DNA of 64,000 nucleotides from contig CAWJDF010000002.1 in assembly GCA_963841535.1 (NCBI GenBank), forward strand, positions 328,635-392,634, given 5' to 3'. The notes under the pieces are model-generated. The model was given only the letters and a program-made list of their open reading frames with translations. It was not told the DNA's origin and did no database searches. Numbering within the stretch: the stretch's first letter is position 1; each line of letters starts with the position of its first letter. The translations under genes and the position numbers were made by a program. The DNA is from an uncultured Solirubrobacterales bacterium (GTDB lineage: Bacteria > Actinomycetota > Thermoleophilia > Solirubrobacterales > Solirubrobacteraceae). Below, one piece after another: positions 8,597 through 17,394 of the stretch.

Positions 8597-10261
8597 CTAG
8601 CGATTCACCTTACCGGCGCACGTCGAGAAGACCCTGAACGTCCGTACGTGGGCCACCAGCCGGTAGGGCGCGCCATCGTGCTCCCAGGCGATGATCTGCT
8701 GCGGGGTGGGCAGCAGATGCGCATTCGATTGGGCGCGCGTCTGGAGGATCACCGCCGGCCATGGCGGGCCGACGAGTTTGCTCGGCGTCGCCTGGATCCG
8801 CAGCGTGTGGACGCCGAGCGTCCAGGCGACCATCGGGACCTGGAAGCCTTCGGTCATCACCGGGCCGCACCGGAGCAGGGCGTCGGCGCCACCCGCTTTC
8901 GAGACCGCCGCGGTCACATCGGAGCGCAGCTTGGCCTGGTAGGCCAGTGCGTGATGGGTCCGGGGCAGGCTGACGATGCCCTTGCCGATCCACGACGGAA
9001 GCGCGATGAACAGCACGACCGCGACCGCCGCGCCGGCTGGGATCGCGAAGCGGCCCCCCAGTCCGCCGGCCCCACCGCTGCGCCGCGCCGAGAGCCTTCG
9101 AAGCCCCTCGGCGAGCGCGCTCGAGAACCAACCCCAGGCGACGCCGCCGGCGATCGCCACGGGTGCCGTCCCGAGCACCAGGTAACGGTTGTTGCCCGAG
9201 AATCCCGCCTGGGTCTCGATCGCGACGCCGAGCCACCACGCGTAGCCGAACACCCCGAGCCCGAGCAGCCATGCGCGCGCGCGCACGCCCGGGTCGACGT
9301 TTTGGCGCTTCCACCACTGCTCGCGCGTGCGCCACAGGCCGATCGCCGCCACGAGCAGCGCGATCATCCCCGGGACCTTGACCCGGTCCCAAACCGCCGG
9401 CCATGCCTCCTTCCTGAACACCGTGCACACCGGGCACTTCGCGAACGCGGCGCTGTTCGAGCGGGGATGCTGTGCCCGGGTAACCCCACGCAGGAGGTGC
9501 CCCGAGCCCCACAGCTCGGGGAGGAACCAGAGCACCGGGATGAGCGCGAACAGCGCCACCACGAGCTTGCGAGCGCCGGGGTCGCGCCAGAACAAGTACA
9601 GCCCGTAGGGCCCCCAGATGAACCACAGCTCCGGCCGATCCAGGGCGGCGAAGAACCCGATCACGAAGGCCCGGCGCGGCGCACCGTCCAGATAGCTGTC
9701 GACCGCGATCAGCGCGAGCGCCGTGGCCAGCCCCTCCGAGTAACCGAGCGCGTTGTTCGAGATGAACCCACTCGAGTTGATCAGGCTGCCCGCGGCGATC
9801 AATCCGGCGAGCATGGAAGGGATTAGCGCCAGGCGACCCCCGGTCGATCCCTTCGGCGCGAGGCCGGCGGCCAGATCGCGGGTCAGCCGCCAGGTCACCT
9901 TGAACACCATCGCCACCGCCATCAGCGCGCCCGCCCGCGCGATCACCAGCCAGAGGTCCGGCTGGGCCTTGCCGAACACCCCGAACACCGCGGTGAACAG
10001 CACAGGCAGCGGCTTCCACGAGGGTCCTCCCGTGGTCTGGAGGTCGACGTGGATGATCTCCCGGCCCCACACGAGCCAGGCCCAGGGGTCGTAGCTCGGG
10101 GTGGAGGGGATCAGCAGCGACAGCGCCCCGATCACGAGTGCCGCCGCGGCGAGCCAGAGATACAGCCGGCCGCCGCGGAACCATTCAGCCAGCACGCGGG
10201 AGCGCGCCGCGACATCGGTCGGGGGCGCCGGTGCAGTCAGCTCTGCGGTGGGAACGGACAT
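8597..10261 (-). CDS. Polytopic membrane protein, probable GT-C fold glycosyltransferase
   Basis: PSYDPWAWLVWGRE, PSWKPLP, YSEGLA, RPE motifs; many TM segments. Confidence 0.7.
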   Translation of the reverse strand: MSVPTAELTAPAPPTDVAARSRVLAEWFRGGRLYLWLAAAALVIGALSLLIPSTPSYDPWAWLVWGREIIHVDLQTTGGPSWKPLPVLFTAVFGVFGKAQPDLWLVIARAGALMAVAMVFKVTWRLTRDLAAGLAPKGSTGGRLALIPSMLAGLIAAGSLINSSGFISNNALGYSEGLATALALIAVDSYLDGAPRRAFVIGFFAALDRPELWFIWGPYGLYLFWRDPGARKLVVALFALIPVLWFLPELWGSGHLLRGVTRAQHPRSNSAAFAKCPVCTVFRKEAWPAVWDRVKVPGMIALLVAAIGLWRTREQWWKRQNVDPGVRARAWLLGLGVFGYAWWLGVAIETQAGFSGNNRYLVLGTAPVAIAGGVAWGWFSSALAEGLRRLSARRSGGAGGLGGRFAIPAGAAVAVVLFIALPSWIGKGIVSLPRTHHALAYQAKLRSDVTAAVSKAGGADALLRCGPVMTEGFQVPMVAWTLGVHTLRIQATPSKLVGPPWPAVILQTRAQSNAHLLPTPQQIIAWEHDGAPYRLVAHVRTFRVFSTCAGKVNR

Positions 10262-10374
10262 CAGGACCGGAAGATGTGGTTGCCGCCGCGCTCGCAGGTT
10301 ACGCACGGCGACGGCAGACGCGAACGTGGCCCGCGCACCAAGCGCGGGCGTCGCGCGTGCATTCTAGAGGCCGT

Positions 10375-10782
10375 CTATCCCTGGACGCCCTGCGCCAAGC
10401 ACGCCGCGATGGTGCCCAGCTCGGCGTCGGACCCCTGGTTGGGATAGACCAGGGCGCTGCCGATCACCTCCGCGGCCTGGGCGCTCCCGTTGATCTGATA
10501 GGCCTGCGCCGCGCCCGGCGTCGCAGCGAACACGATCGTCGGTCCCGCCGGGGCGGCCCCCACCTGAACCCGCGTCGGGCTCACCACCCGCACGGGCAGG
10601 TGGGCGTCGCGCAGACAGCCGACGTGGTCGCGCATCTTCTCTGGGTTGTCCACATGGCCGCGGCTGGCCAGCTTGGACGAACCGGCCGGGGTGGTCGGCT
10701 GCACCTTGACCGCGCCGCACGCGGCCAGGACCAACGCGAGTGCGGCGAACACGACCGCCGTGACAACTCTCTTAGGGCGCAT
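10375..10782 (-). CDS. Lipoprotein, hypothetical
   Basis: Lipobox LAAC after a basic/hydrophobic N-terminus. Confidence 0.7.
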   Translation of the reverse strand: MRPKRVVTAVVFAALALVLAACGAVKVQPTTPAGSSKLASRGHVDNPEKMRDHVGCLRDAHLPVRVVSPTRVQVGAAPAGPTIVFAATPGAAQAYQINGSAQAAEVIGSALVYPNQGSDAELGTIAACLAQGVQG

Positions 10783-10814
10783 GCGCGGAACAAAGGTAGA
10801 GGATCATTGCGACC

Positions 10815-12350
10815 GTGCTCCTGTACGGCGCCCTCAGCGGACCGCTCCCCAAGCTCGGTGTGGTCGCGGCGGCGATGCTCGCCGCCGTGGTCATCCTCCA
10901 TCCCGACGTGCGCGTCCAGGCCGTTGCGATGCTTGGCGCCCTGGTGCTCTCACCGGTCCTTCTTCTGGCCGACATCTGGCACTCGCCGCAGCTGGACATC
11001 GTGCATCACCATCCGGCGGTGGCGGCGGTCGGTGTGCTGATCGCACTCGGTGCAGTGGCCGCGGCGGCGCTCGTGATCTCCAAGCGGCCGGCGCTCCTGG
11101 CCGGCGCGGTGATCGTCGCGCTCCCGTTCCGGATTCCGATCCAGACCGGAGGCCAGACCAAGAACCTCCTGGTCCCGCTGTACTTCGTGATCGCCGCCGG
11201 CGCGGTGGCGTTCATCGTCGGTGCCCTGCGCGGTGAGCACCCGGCCCTGTCCCAGAGCACACGGGACGGCAACCCTCGCGTCCGCTGGCTCGAGCGGCTC
11301 CTGGCCCTCTACGTCGTCCTCTACGGCGTCCAGTCCGCTTACTCATCGAGCCTCGAGACCGCCGTGCAGCAAGTGGCATTCTTCTACGTCCCGTTCGCCC
11401 TGGCCTTCTGCCTGTTGCGGCGGATCGACTGGACGCCGCGGCTCACGCGTGACTGCCTGGGCCTGGTGGCCGGGCTCGCGGTGCTGTTCGCGCTGGTCGG
11501 GTTCGTCGAGTACGCGACCAAGACGATCTTCCTGAACCCCAAGCTGATCGCCGCCAACGCCGACCACACGTACTTCACGGTCAATTCGGTGTTCTTCGAT
11601 CCGAACATCTTCGGCCGCTTCCTTGCCCTGGTCATGATCCTGCTCGGAGCCGTCCTGCTCTACGCGCGCCGGCAACGAACGCAGCTCGCCACGCTGGTCG
11701 TGCTGGCGATCCTGTGGGGCGGGCTAGTGCTCACGCTTTCGCGCTCCAGCCTGGGGGCGCTGCTCGTCGGCCTAGGCGTGCTCGCGGCATTGCGCTGGAG
11801 GGTCGGGCGGGCGGTGTTCGTGGCCGCCGGCGTAGTGGCCGTGGCCGCGGCCGCCGTCGCGATCTCGCCGACCACGTTCGGACTCAACCAAGGGTTGAAC
11901 GGCGCCTCGAGCGGCCGCCCAGGGCTCGTCTCGGGCGGGCTCGACCTGTTCGGGGACCGCCCGATCTGGGGGTGGGGGTCGGGGTCGTTCCAGACCGAGT
12001 ACGCCGCCCATCACAACCGACCGGGCGAGACGTTGACCGCCTCGCACACGATCCCGGTCACGATCGCAGCCGAGCAGGGTGTGCTCGGCGAGTTTGCGTA
12101 TCTCGCGTTCGTCGTGGTGGCACTTATCGCCTTGCTGCACCAAGCCCGCGCCGATCCCGCCCGGGTGGCGATCGCCGCCGCCTTCGTCGCCCTCCTTTTC
12201 CACACGCTGCTGTATGCGGACTTCCTGGAGGACCCGATCACCTGGACGCTGCTGGCGATCGGCGTGGCCCTGGCGATCCGACCGCCACCGGTGCCGGCGC
12301 CCGCCGAGGCCCCTCCCAGTGGTCGCCGGCTCGAACAGCAACTCGCCTAA
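10815..12350 (+). CDS. O-antigen ligase (Wzy_C/WaaL)-family membrane protein
   Basis: FFDPNIFG, TLSRSS, GWGSGSF, SHT...AEQGVLG motifs. Confidence 0.85.
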   Translation: MLLYGALSGPLPKLGVVAAAMLAAVVILHPDVRVQAVAMLGALVLSPVLLLADIWHSPQLDIVHHHPAVAAVGVLIALGAVAAAALVISKRPALLAGAVIVALPFRIPIQTGGQTKNLLVPLYFVIAAGAVAFIVGALRGEHPALSQSTRDGNPRVRWLERLLALYVVLYGVQSAYSSSLETAVQQVAFFYVPFALAFCLLRRIDWTPRLTRDCLGLVAGLAVLFALVGFVEYATKTIFLNPKLIAANADHTYFTVNSVFFDPNIFGRFLALVMILLGAVLLYARRQRTQLATLVVLAILWGGLVLTLSRSSLGALLVGLGVLAALRWRVGRAVFVAAGVVAVAAAAVAISPTTFGLNQGLNGASSGRPGLVSGGLDLFGDRPIWGWGSGSFQTEYAAHHNRPGETLTASHTIPVTIAAEQGVLGEFAYLAFVVVALIALLHQARADPARVAIAAAFVALLFHTLLYADFLEDPITWTLLAIGVALAIRPPPVPAPAEAPPSGRRLEQQLA

Positions 12351-12431
12351 CCCCGCGACACCGCCAGAACGTCCGCCTCGAGACAATCCGCACGTGACAT
12401 CGGTTCGCGATAGGGGTAGCATCGCCGGCAC

Positions 12432-12692
12432 GTGACTTGGGGACTCATCTGGTTGATGCTCGCCCTGAAGATCCCGCTCGCAGGGCTGATCTACATCGTC
12501 TGGTGGGCGATCAAGGCGGAGCCGGACGAGGCGTCGTCCTCCGACGACGACGGCGGCATCCGGCGCCACCCGCGCCACCCGCGCAAGCCCTTCCCGCGCC
12601 ACCCGCGCCGGGGTCCCCACGGCGACCCGGCGCCCCTGCCGCCGCCGCGCGTTCGCACCGCCCGCACGCGGATCCGCACCGTCGAGCGCTGA
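12432..12692 (+). CDS. Small single-pass membrane protein with Arg/Pro-rich tail
   Basis: GTG start 9 nt after a TAGCAT -10-like hexamer; N-terminal TM LKIPLAGLIYIVWWAI. Confidence 0.65.
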   Translation: MTWGLIWLMLALKIPLAGLIYIVWWAIKAEPDEASSSDDDGGIRRHPRHPRKPFPRHPRRGPHGDPAPLPPPRVRTARTRIRTVER

Positions 12693-12696
12693 CCGC

Positions 12697-12813
12697 ACCT
12701 GCATAACACGTCACTCGCGGGGCCCCTGCGCGACCATGACGTGTAATGCATGTGGGGCATGCATAAGTCGTCACGTCCCTCCGAGCCGGGCTGAAGTGAC
12801 GCGTTAAGCAGGT
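12697..12813. repeat. 117-bp four-arm palindromic intergenic element (REP/BIME-like)
   Basis: Outer arms ACCTGCATAACACGTCACT / AGTGACGCGTTAAGCAGGT (17/19); inner arms TGACGTGTAATGCATG and CATGCATAAGTCGTCAC. Confidence 0.75.
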
Positions 12814-12888
12814 CCGCGCCGCCCCGCGGCGACCGATCGGGCCGGCCCATCCGCCGCCGATCCGTCACCGCTGGCAGACTTGCGCCCA

Positions 12889-13512
12889 ATGAGCGCGCTC
12901 GCCTCCGTCCTCTCCGACGCCACGATTGTGGAGCTTGTCGACACGGGCCGGATACGGATCGACCCCTGGGATCCCGCCCTGGTGCAGCCGGCCAGCGTCG
13001 ACCTGCGCCTGGGCGACTCGTTCCGCGTCTTTCACAACCACCGAGCCTCGGCGATCGACCTGCGCGAGCCGCCTGCCGGTCTCACCGAGGAGGTGACGAT
13101 CGAGAAGGACGAGTCGTTCGTGATTCACCCCGGCGAGTTCTGCCTGGGCCGCACACTCGAGTGGGTCGAACTGCCCGACGACATCGTGGCCCGCATCGAA
13201 GGGAAATCGAGCATCGGCCGGCTCGGGCTGATCGTCCACGCCACCGCCGGGTTCTGCGACCCAGGTTGGAAGGGAACCTTGACGCTCGAGCTGAACAACC
13301 TCACGCGGATACCGATCAAGCTGTATCCCGGCCTGCCGATCGCGCAGCTGTCGTTCATGGCGCTCGACCGGCCGGCGCTGCGGCCCTACGGCAGCCCCGA
13401 GCTCGGCAGCCACTACCAGGGGCAGCGGGCGGCGACCGAGAGCCGCTACGAGGGACTGCGACCACACCAGGACACGCCGCCCGGCGGAGCGGACGGCACG
13501 CCCATCGAGTAG
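12889..13512 (+). CDS. dcd: dCTP deaminase
   Basis: VQPASVDLRLG, EGKSSIGRLGLIVHATAGFCDPGWKG. Confidence 0.95.
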   Translation: MSALASVLSDATIVELVDTGRIRIDPWDPALVQPASVDLRLGDSFRVFHNHRASAIDLREPPAGLTEEVTIEKDESFVIHPGEFCLGRTLEWVELPDDIVARIEGKSSIGRLGLIVHATAGFCDPGWKGTLTLELNNLTRIPIKLYPGLPIAQLSFMALDRPALRPYGSPELGSHYQGQRAATESRYEGLRPHQDTPPGGADGTPIE

Positions 13513-13523
13513 GCTCGCGCACC

Positions 13524-13745
13524 GTGATCACGCTGCTTTTGGCCGCCGACGAACCCTCCAAGGTCCCGTTCTACATCGCCGGCGGGCTCCTGGTGATTTG
13601 GGCGCTCGCGCTCGCCGGCATCGGCCTCACTCGCCCCGCTTTCCCCGGCAACGAGCGGGGCGCCCGCGGCGTGATGGCGATCACCGGAGTGCTCATGCTG
13701 CTCGCCCTGGCGATGGCGGTCATCACGAGCGCCTTCCCGAAGTAG
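13524..13745 (+). CDS. Small two-TM membrane protein
   Basis: GTG 13524; MITLLLAADEPSKVPFYIAGGLL..., two hydrophobic helices. Confidence 0.65.
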   Translation: MITLLLAADEPSKVPFYIAGGLLVIWALALAGIGLTRPAFPGNERGARGVMAITGVLMLLALAMAVITSAFPK

Positions 13746-13858
13746 CCGACCGCCACGACCCGCAGCGTCTCGCCGGTGCGATCCGGGTACTAAATTCAAG
13801 GGCGGTGCCTCGGCCATGCCCGGCCGCAGGACCCCGGTAACCGCGCGAGAGGAGCGCC

Positions 13859-15196
13859 ATGACGACAGAGACGGAGCAACACGACGGCGCCGGCGCAGCG
13901 ACGGCGAATGAGACCCTGACCATCACCGACAACCGGACCGGCAAGCAGTACGAGATTCCGATCGAGGACGGCACGATCCGGGCCACTGAGCTTCGCAACA
14001 TCAAGGTCGAGGAGGACGACTTCGGCCTGATGACCTACGACCCCGCCTACATGGCCACCGCGTCGTGTCGCTCGGCGATCACGTTCATCGACGGCGATAA
14101 GGGCGTCCTCGAATATCGCGGCTATCCGATCGAGCAGCTGGCGGAGCGCTCGAGCTACCTGGAGGTCGCCTACCTGCTGATCCACGGCGAGCTGCCGAGT
14201 CAGCAGGAACTCGACGAGTGGACGCACCAGATCACGATCCACACGTTCGTGCACGAGAACGTCAAGGAGTTCATGCAGGGCTTCCGCTACGACGCCCACC
14301 CGATGGGCATGCTCCTCGCATCGGTGGGCGCGCTCTCGACGTTCTATCCGGAGGCCAGCCAGATCAAGGATCCCGACACGCGCTACATCCAGGTGATCCG
14401 GCTGCTGGCTAAGATGCCAACCCTGGCCGCGTTCTCGTTCCGGCACAACCAGGGCAAGCCCTACGTGTATCCGGACAACGACCTGTCCTACGCGGGCAAC
14501 TTCCTCTCGATGATCTACAAGATGACCGAGCTCCGTTACGAGCCGGACCCCCGGCTCGAGCACGCGCTCGACGTCCTGTTCATCCTCCACGCCGACCACG
14601 AGCAGAACTGCTCGACGAGCGCCGTACGCAGCGTCGGGTCCTCCCAGGTCGACCCGTATTCGGCGGTGGCGGCCGGCGTCGCCGCGCTCTACGGACCGCT
14701 CCACGGCGGCGCCAACGAGGCGGCGCTGCGGATGCTGCGCCGGATCGAGTCCAAGGACAACGTCCCGGACTTCATCAAGGGCGTCAAGGACGGCAAGGAG
14801 CGCCTGATGGGCTTCGGCCACCGGGTGTACAAGAACTACGACCCGCGCGCCAAGATCATCAAGAAGGCGGTCGACGAGGTCCTCGAGGTCACCGGCACCA
14901 ACCCGCTGCTGGACATCGCGCTCGAGCTCGAGAAGATCGCGCTCGAGGACGACTACTTCGTCGAGCGCAAGCTCTACCCGAACGTCGACTTCTACTCCGG
15001 TCTGATCTACGAGGCCCTCGGGATGCCCATGGAGATGTTCCCGGTCCTGTTCGCGATCGGGCGCACGAGCGGGTGGATCGCCCAGTGGCTCGAGATGATC
15101 GACGACAAGGAGCAGAAGATCGCCCGCCCGCGCCAGATCTACACCGGCTCTCGCGGCCGGGACTACGTGCCGATCGATCAGCGCAAGCGCAAGTAG
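13859..15196 (+). CDS. gltA: Citrate synthase
   Basis: HADHEQNCSTS, GPLHGGANE, MGFGHRVYKNYDPR, YPNVDFYSG; AGGAG SD. Confidence 0.97.
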   Translation: MTTETEQHDGAGAATANETLTITDNRTGKQYEIPIEDGTIRATELRNIKVEEDDFGLMTYDPAYMATASCRSAITFIDGDKGVLEYRGYPIEQLAERSSYLEVAYLLIHGELPSQQELDEWTHQITIHTFVHENVKEFMQGFRYDAHPMGMLLASVGALSTFYPEASQIKDPDTRYIQVIRLLAKMPTLAAFSFRHNQGKPYVYPDNDLSYAGNFLSMIYKMTELRYEPDPRLEHALDVLFILHADHEQNCSTSAVRSVGSSQVDPYSAVAAGVAALYGPLHGGANEAALRMLRRIESKDNVPDFIKGVKDGKERLMGFGHRVYKNYDPRAKIIKKAVDEVLEVTGTNPLLDIALELEKIALEDDYFVERKLYPNVDFYSGLIYEALGMPMEMFPVLFAIGRTSGWIAQWLEMIDDKEQKIARPRQIYTGSRGRDYVPIDQRKRK

Positions 15197-15546
15197 CCAC
15201 CTGGACCCTCACCATCCGGGCCCGGGCTCGCGTCGAGCGCCACCGGTTCGACACTCTCGAGCGAGCCCTGGCCGAGCTCGCAGCCCGGGTCGATCAGCTC
15301 GCCGAGGCCGCGCGCGAGGACCCGGCACAGACGAGCCTGCGCCGCTACGCCCCCGAGGAGCAGGTCGTCGCGCGGGTCGAGCTGGCCGGGCCCGAGCGTC
15401 GCCTGGCCGGCACCCACGCGGGCGTCGACGTTCGGGGCGACGGCTCGACCGAGGCGTACCTGGGCCGGGTGCGGCGCCGGGGCCTCGATCGGGCGGCCGG
15501 CGAAGACGCGCCGGCAGCGCTGCGCCGGGCCCTGCTGAACCGGTGA
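15193..15546 (+). CDS. Hypothetical protein (start codon uncertain)
   Basis: Good GC3 coding signal after gltA stop (ATWTLTIRARARVERHRFDTLERALAEL...GVDVRGDGSTEAYLGRVRR). Confidence 0.55.
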   Translation, partial: VATWTLTIRARARVERHRFDTLERALAELAARVDQLAEAAREDPAQTSLRRYAPEEQVVARVELAGPERRLAGTHAGVDVRGDGSTEAYLGRVRRRGLDRAAGEDAPAALRRALLNR

Positions 15547-15548
15547 CC

Positions 15549-15707
15549 CCGCGGCGCCGACACGCCGCGAAACCCCCGGCGCCGAGACCCCGCGAAACCG
15601 CGGCGCCGAGACCACGCGAAATCCCCGGCGCCGAAGCCCCGCGAAACCGCGGCGCCGAGACCACGCGAAATCCCCGGCGCCGAAGCCCCGCGAGAAATCC
15701 CCCGGCG
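15549..15707. repeat. Intergenic tandem repeat, ~6.5 units of alternating 25/24 bp
   Basis: CGGCGCCGA at 15552, 15577, 15601, 15626, 15650, 15675, each followed by CGCGA(AA). Confidence 0.9.
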
Positions 15708-15738
15708 TGAATACTGGGCTGAGATATCGTTATTCGTT

Positions 15739-16074
15739 GTGATGATGAGAGGGGCCTTAGCCGTCGTGCGCTTTCTGGCGCGTCCGATCGGCTACCTCGC
15801 CTTCGTCGTCGCGCTGGCCGCCCTGTCGATCGCCGCCAAGGCGCTCGGCGACCGCGACGAGCTCGGCTACTTCACCGACCGGCTCGCCCGCACGATCTGG
15901 CGCTACCCGGAGGTCACCCGACGCGGCGTGCAGATCGCCTGGTGTGTATGGGCGGTGGCCTTCCTGGTGGCCCTCCCGCCGCTCGACCCGCTGGCTACCC
16001 CGTGGGACGAGGTTGTGCTTGGGGGCGCTGCGATGCTCGTGCTTTGGCGGCGGATCGGCGGGCACCGAGCCTAG
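15739..16074 (+). CDS. Small membrane protein, hypothetical
   Basis: Three hydrophobic segments; 3' end overlaps the convergent XRE gene by 80 bp. Confidence 0.6.
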   Translation: MMMRGALAVVRFLARPIGYLAFVVALAALSIAAKALGDRDELGYFTDRLARTIWRYPEVTRRGVQIAWCVWAVAFLVALPPLDPLATPWDEVVLGGAAMLVLWRRIGGHRA

Positions 16075-16375
16075 CGTTGAGATTCTCGAGCGCCTGCTCG
16101 AGGCCCACCTCGGCCGGATCCAGCTCGCGCATCGCCGCGGCCAGGCGGTACTCGGCGAAGTAATCCGGATCGACCTCGCAGGCCGCCGCGATCAGCTCCA
16201 TGGCGCGCATCGACGGTTTGTCGTGCCCGTTGGCGAGCATGTTGATGTGGGCGTGGGTGATGCCCTTGCCGTCGAGCTTGCGAGTCGCCTCGGCCAAGCC
16301 GCGATAGGTGAGCGAGTGCGAGTCCATGAGCGCTCGCAGCGACTCTCCGAAGGGTTTGGTGCTTGGTGGGGTCAT
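15995..16375 (-). CDS. XRE-family HTH transcriptional regulator
   Basis: FGESLRALMDSHSLTYRGLAE...ITHAHINMLANGHDKPSMRAMELIAAACEVDPDYF; ATG 16375 chosen over the longer ORF. Confidence 0.85.
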   Translation of the reverse strand: MTPPSTKPFGESLRALMDSHSLTYRGLAEATRKLDGKGITHAHINMLANGHDKPSMRAMELIAAACEVDPDYFAEYRLAAAMRELDPAEVGLEQALENLNARLGARRSAAKARASQRPQAQPRPTG

Positions 16376-16435
16376 CGACCGTGGTGCGGAGACTCGGAAT
16401 GTATCGCCCTGCCTGGTCGGCATGACACCATAACC

Positions 16436-16474
16436 TTGACAGTGCTTGCCATTGCTTGGTAGGTTACCTAACAA
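16436..16474 (+). promoter_or_regulatory. Sigma-A-type promoter TTGACA-N18-TAGGTT overlapped by a 19-bp palindrome
   Basis: TTGACA 16436-16441, TAGGTT 16460-16465; TTGGTAGGT-T-ACCTAACAA 16456-16474 (8/9 arms). Confidence 0.75.
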
Positions 16475-16637
16475 TGTAGCGGCACGCAAGCCCAATGTGG
16501 ACCGGCGGCTACATCGCCCCTCGCGCAGGCGTAGACCGGCAGGCAGGCGCGGGGGGTTTGCGCCGGGCCGAGCCTGATCTCGCCAAAGGGGGAGCAGACC
16601 CCAAGTCTGCGTGAGATCCTCGGCCCGGCTTTTCTTT
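16472..16637 (+). ncRNA. Candidate structured small RNA (~165 nt, three stem-loops, ends in a U-tract)
   Basis: ATGTAGC/GCTACAT stem; GCCCCTCGCGC/GCGCGGGGGGT stem; GCCGGGCCGAG/CTCGGCCCGGC stem with internal GATCTCGC/GTGAGATC and GCAGAC/GTCTGC helices; TTTTCTTT; no plus-strand gene downstream. Confidence 0.65.
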
Positions 16638-16705
16638 GCCCGCACCCGCAATCGGCACCCGCACCCGCGATCGGCACCCGCGACCGGGTTCCGCCCCGGG
16701 GCCGT

Positions 16706-17365
16706 CTACAAGACCAGGGTCGCCCCATTGACCCGGAGCCAGCGCACGTGGTCGCGATAGCCCGGGCTGCGGCTCGCCACCAGCCGCCAGAAGCGCGTGG
16801 AGTGATCCATCACCTCGATGTGGCAGACCTCGTGCCAGATCACGTACTCGAGCACCGCCTCGGGGGCCAGCAGGAGCCGCCAGTTGAAGCTCATCGCGCC
16901 TGATCGCGAGCAACTCGCCCAGCGCGTCCGCTGCCCCCGGATCGTCAAGCGGGAATACGAGGCGCCGGCCACGGCGCAGGCGCGCTGCAGCCGGGGCTCG
17001 ATCTCGGCCCGCGCCGCCCGCCGGTACCAGCGCTCCAGGGCCGGCACCCGCTCCGAGCCCTCGGGCACGAGCAGCGTGTCGCCCCGCCGTGCCACCCGGG
17101 TCCGACCCGGAAAGTCGCTCACCAGCGACAGGGTCTGCCCCAGGTAGGGGACGGTGTCGCCTCGAGCGGCCACCGCAGCGCGTGCGCCGGCAAGCTCGGC
17201 CACCCGCCGCTCGATCCAGGGCCGTAGCTCGCGGATGGCCGCGGCCGCCTCGCGTTCGGGGGCCCGGCGCGGCAGCACGACCTCGACCCCCCGCACCGCG
17301 TCGACCGTCACCCGGACCCTCCGGGCGCGGTCGGAGCGGCGCACCTGATAGACGACCTCTTCCAC
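16706..17365 (-). CDS. M48/YgjP (DUF45) family metal-dependent hydrolase
   Basis: QRTRWASCS, FNWRL, YVIWHEVCH...DHSTRFW. Confidence 0.9.
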   Translation of the reverse strand: MEEVVYQVRRSDRARRVRVTVDAVRGVEVVLPRRAPEREAAAAIRELRPWIERRVAELAGARAAVAARGDTVPYLGQTLSLVSDFPGRTRVARRGDTLLVPEGSERVPALERWYRRAARAEIEPRLQRACAVAGASYSRLTIRGQRTRWASCSRSGAMSFNWRLLLAPEAVLEYVIWHEVCHIEVMDHSTRFWRLVASRSPGYRDHVRWLRVNGATLVL

Positions 17366-17394
17366 GGCGCGACAGGGTACGGTCAGCTTCCGAC

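Noticed and set aside
15549-15707. CRISPR array
   Set aside because: Units are contiguous near-identical repeats without unique spacers; no cas genes in the window.
16472-16637. Riboswitch, tRNA, SRP or 6S RNA identity for the structured RNA
   Set aside because: No downstream same-strand gene; no cloverleaf, SRP loop or single long rod recognisable. Left as unknown.
16640-16686. GCACCCGC(A/G)ATCG short repeats (likewise GTGACCCGG near 21772-21803 and GATCGAG near 30262-30286)
   Set aside because: Short slippage-type duplications with no evident function.
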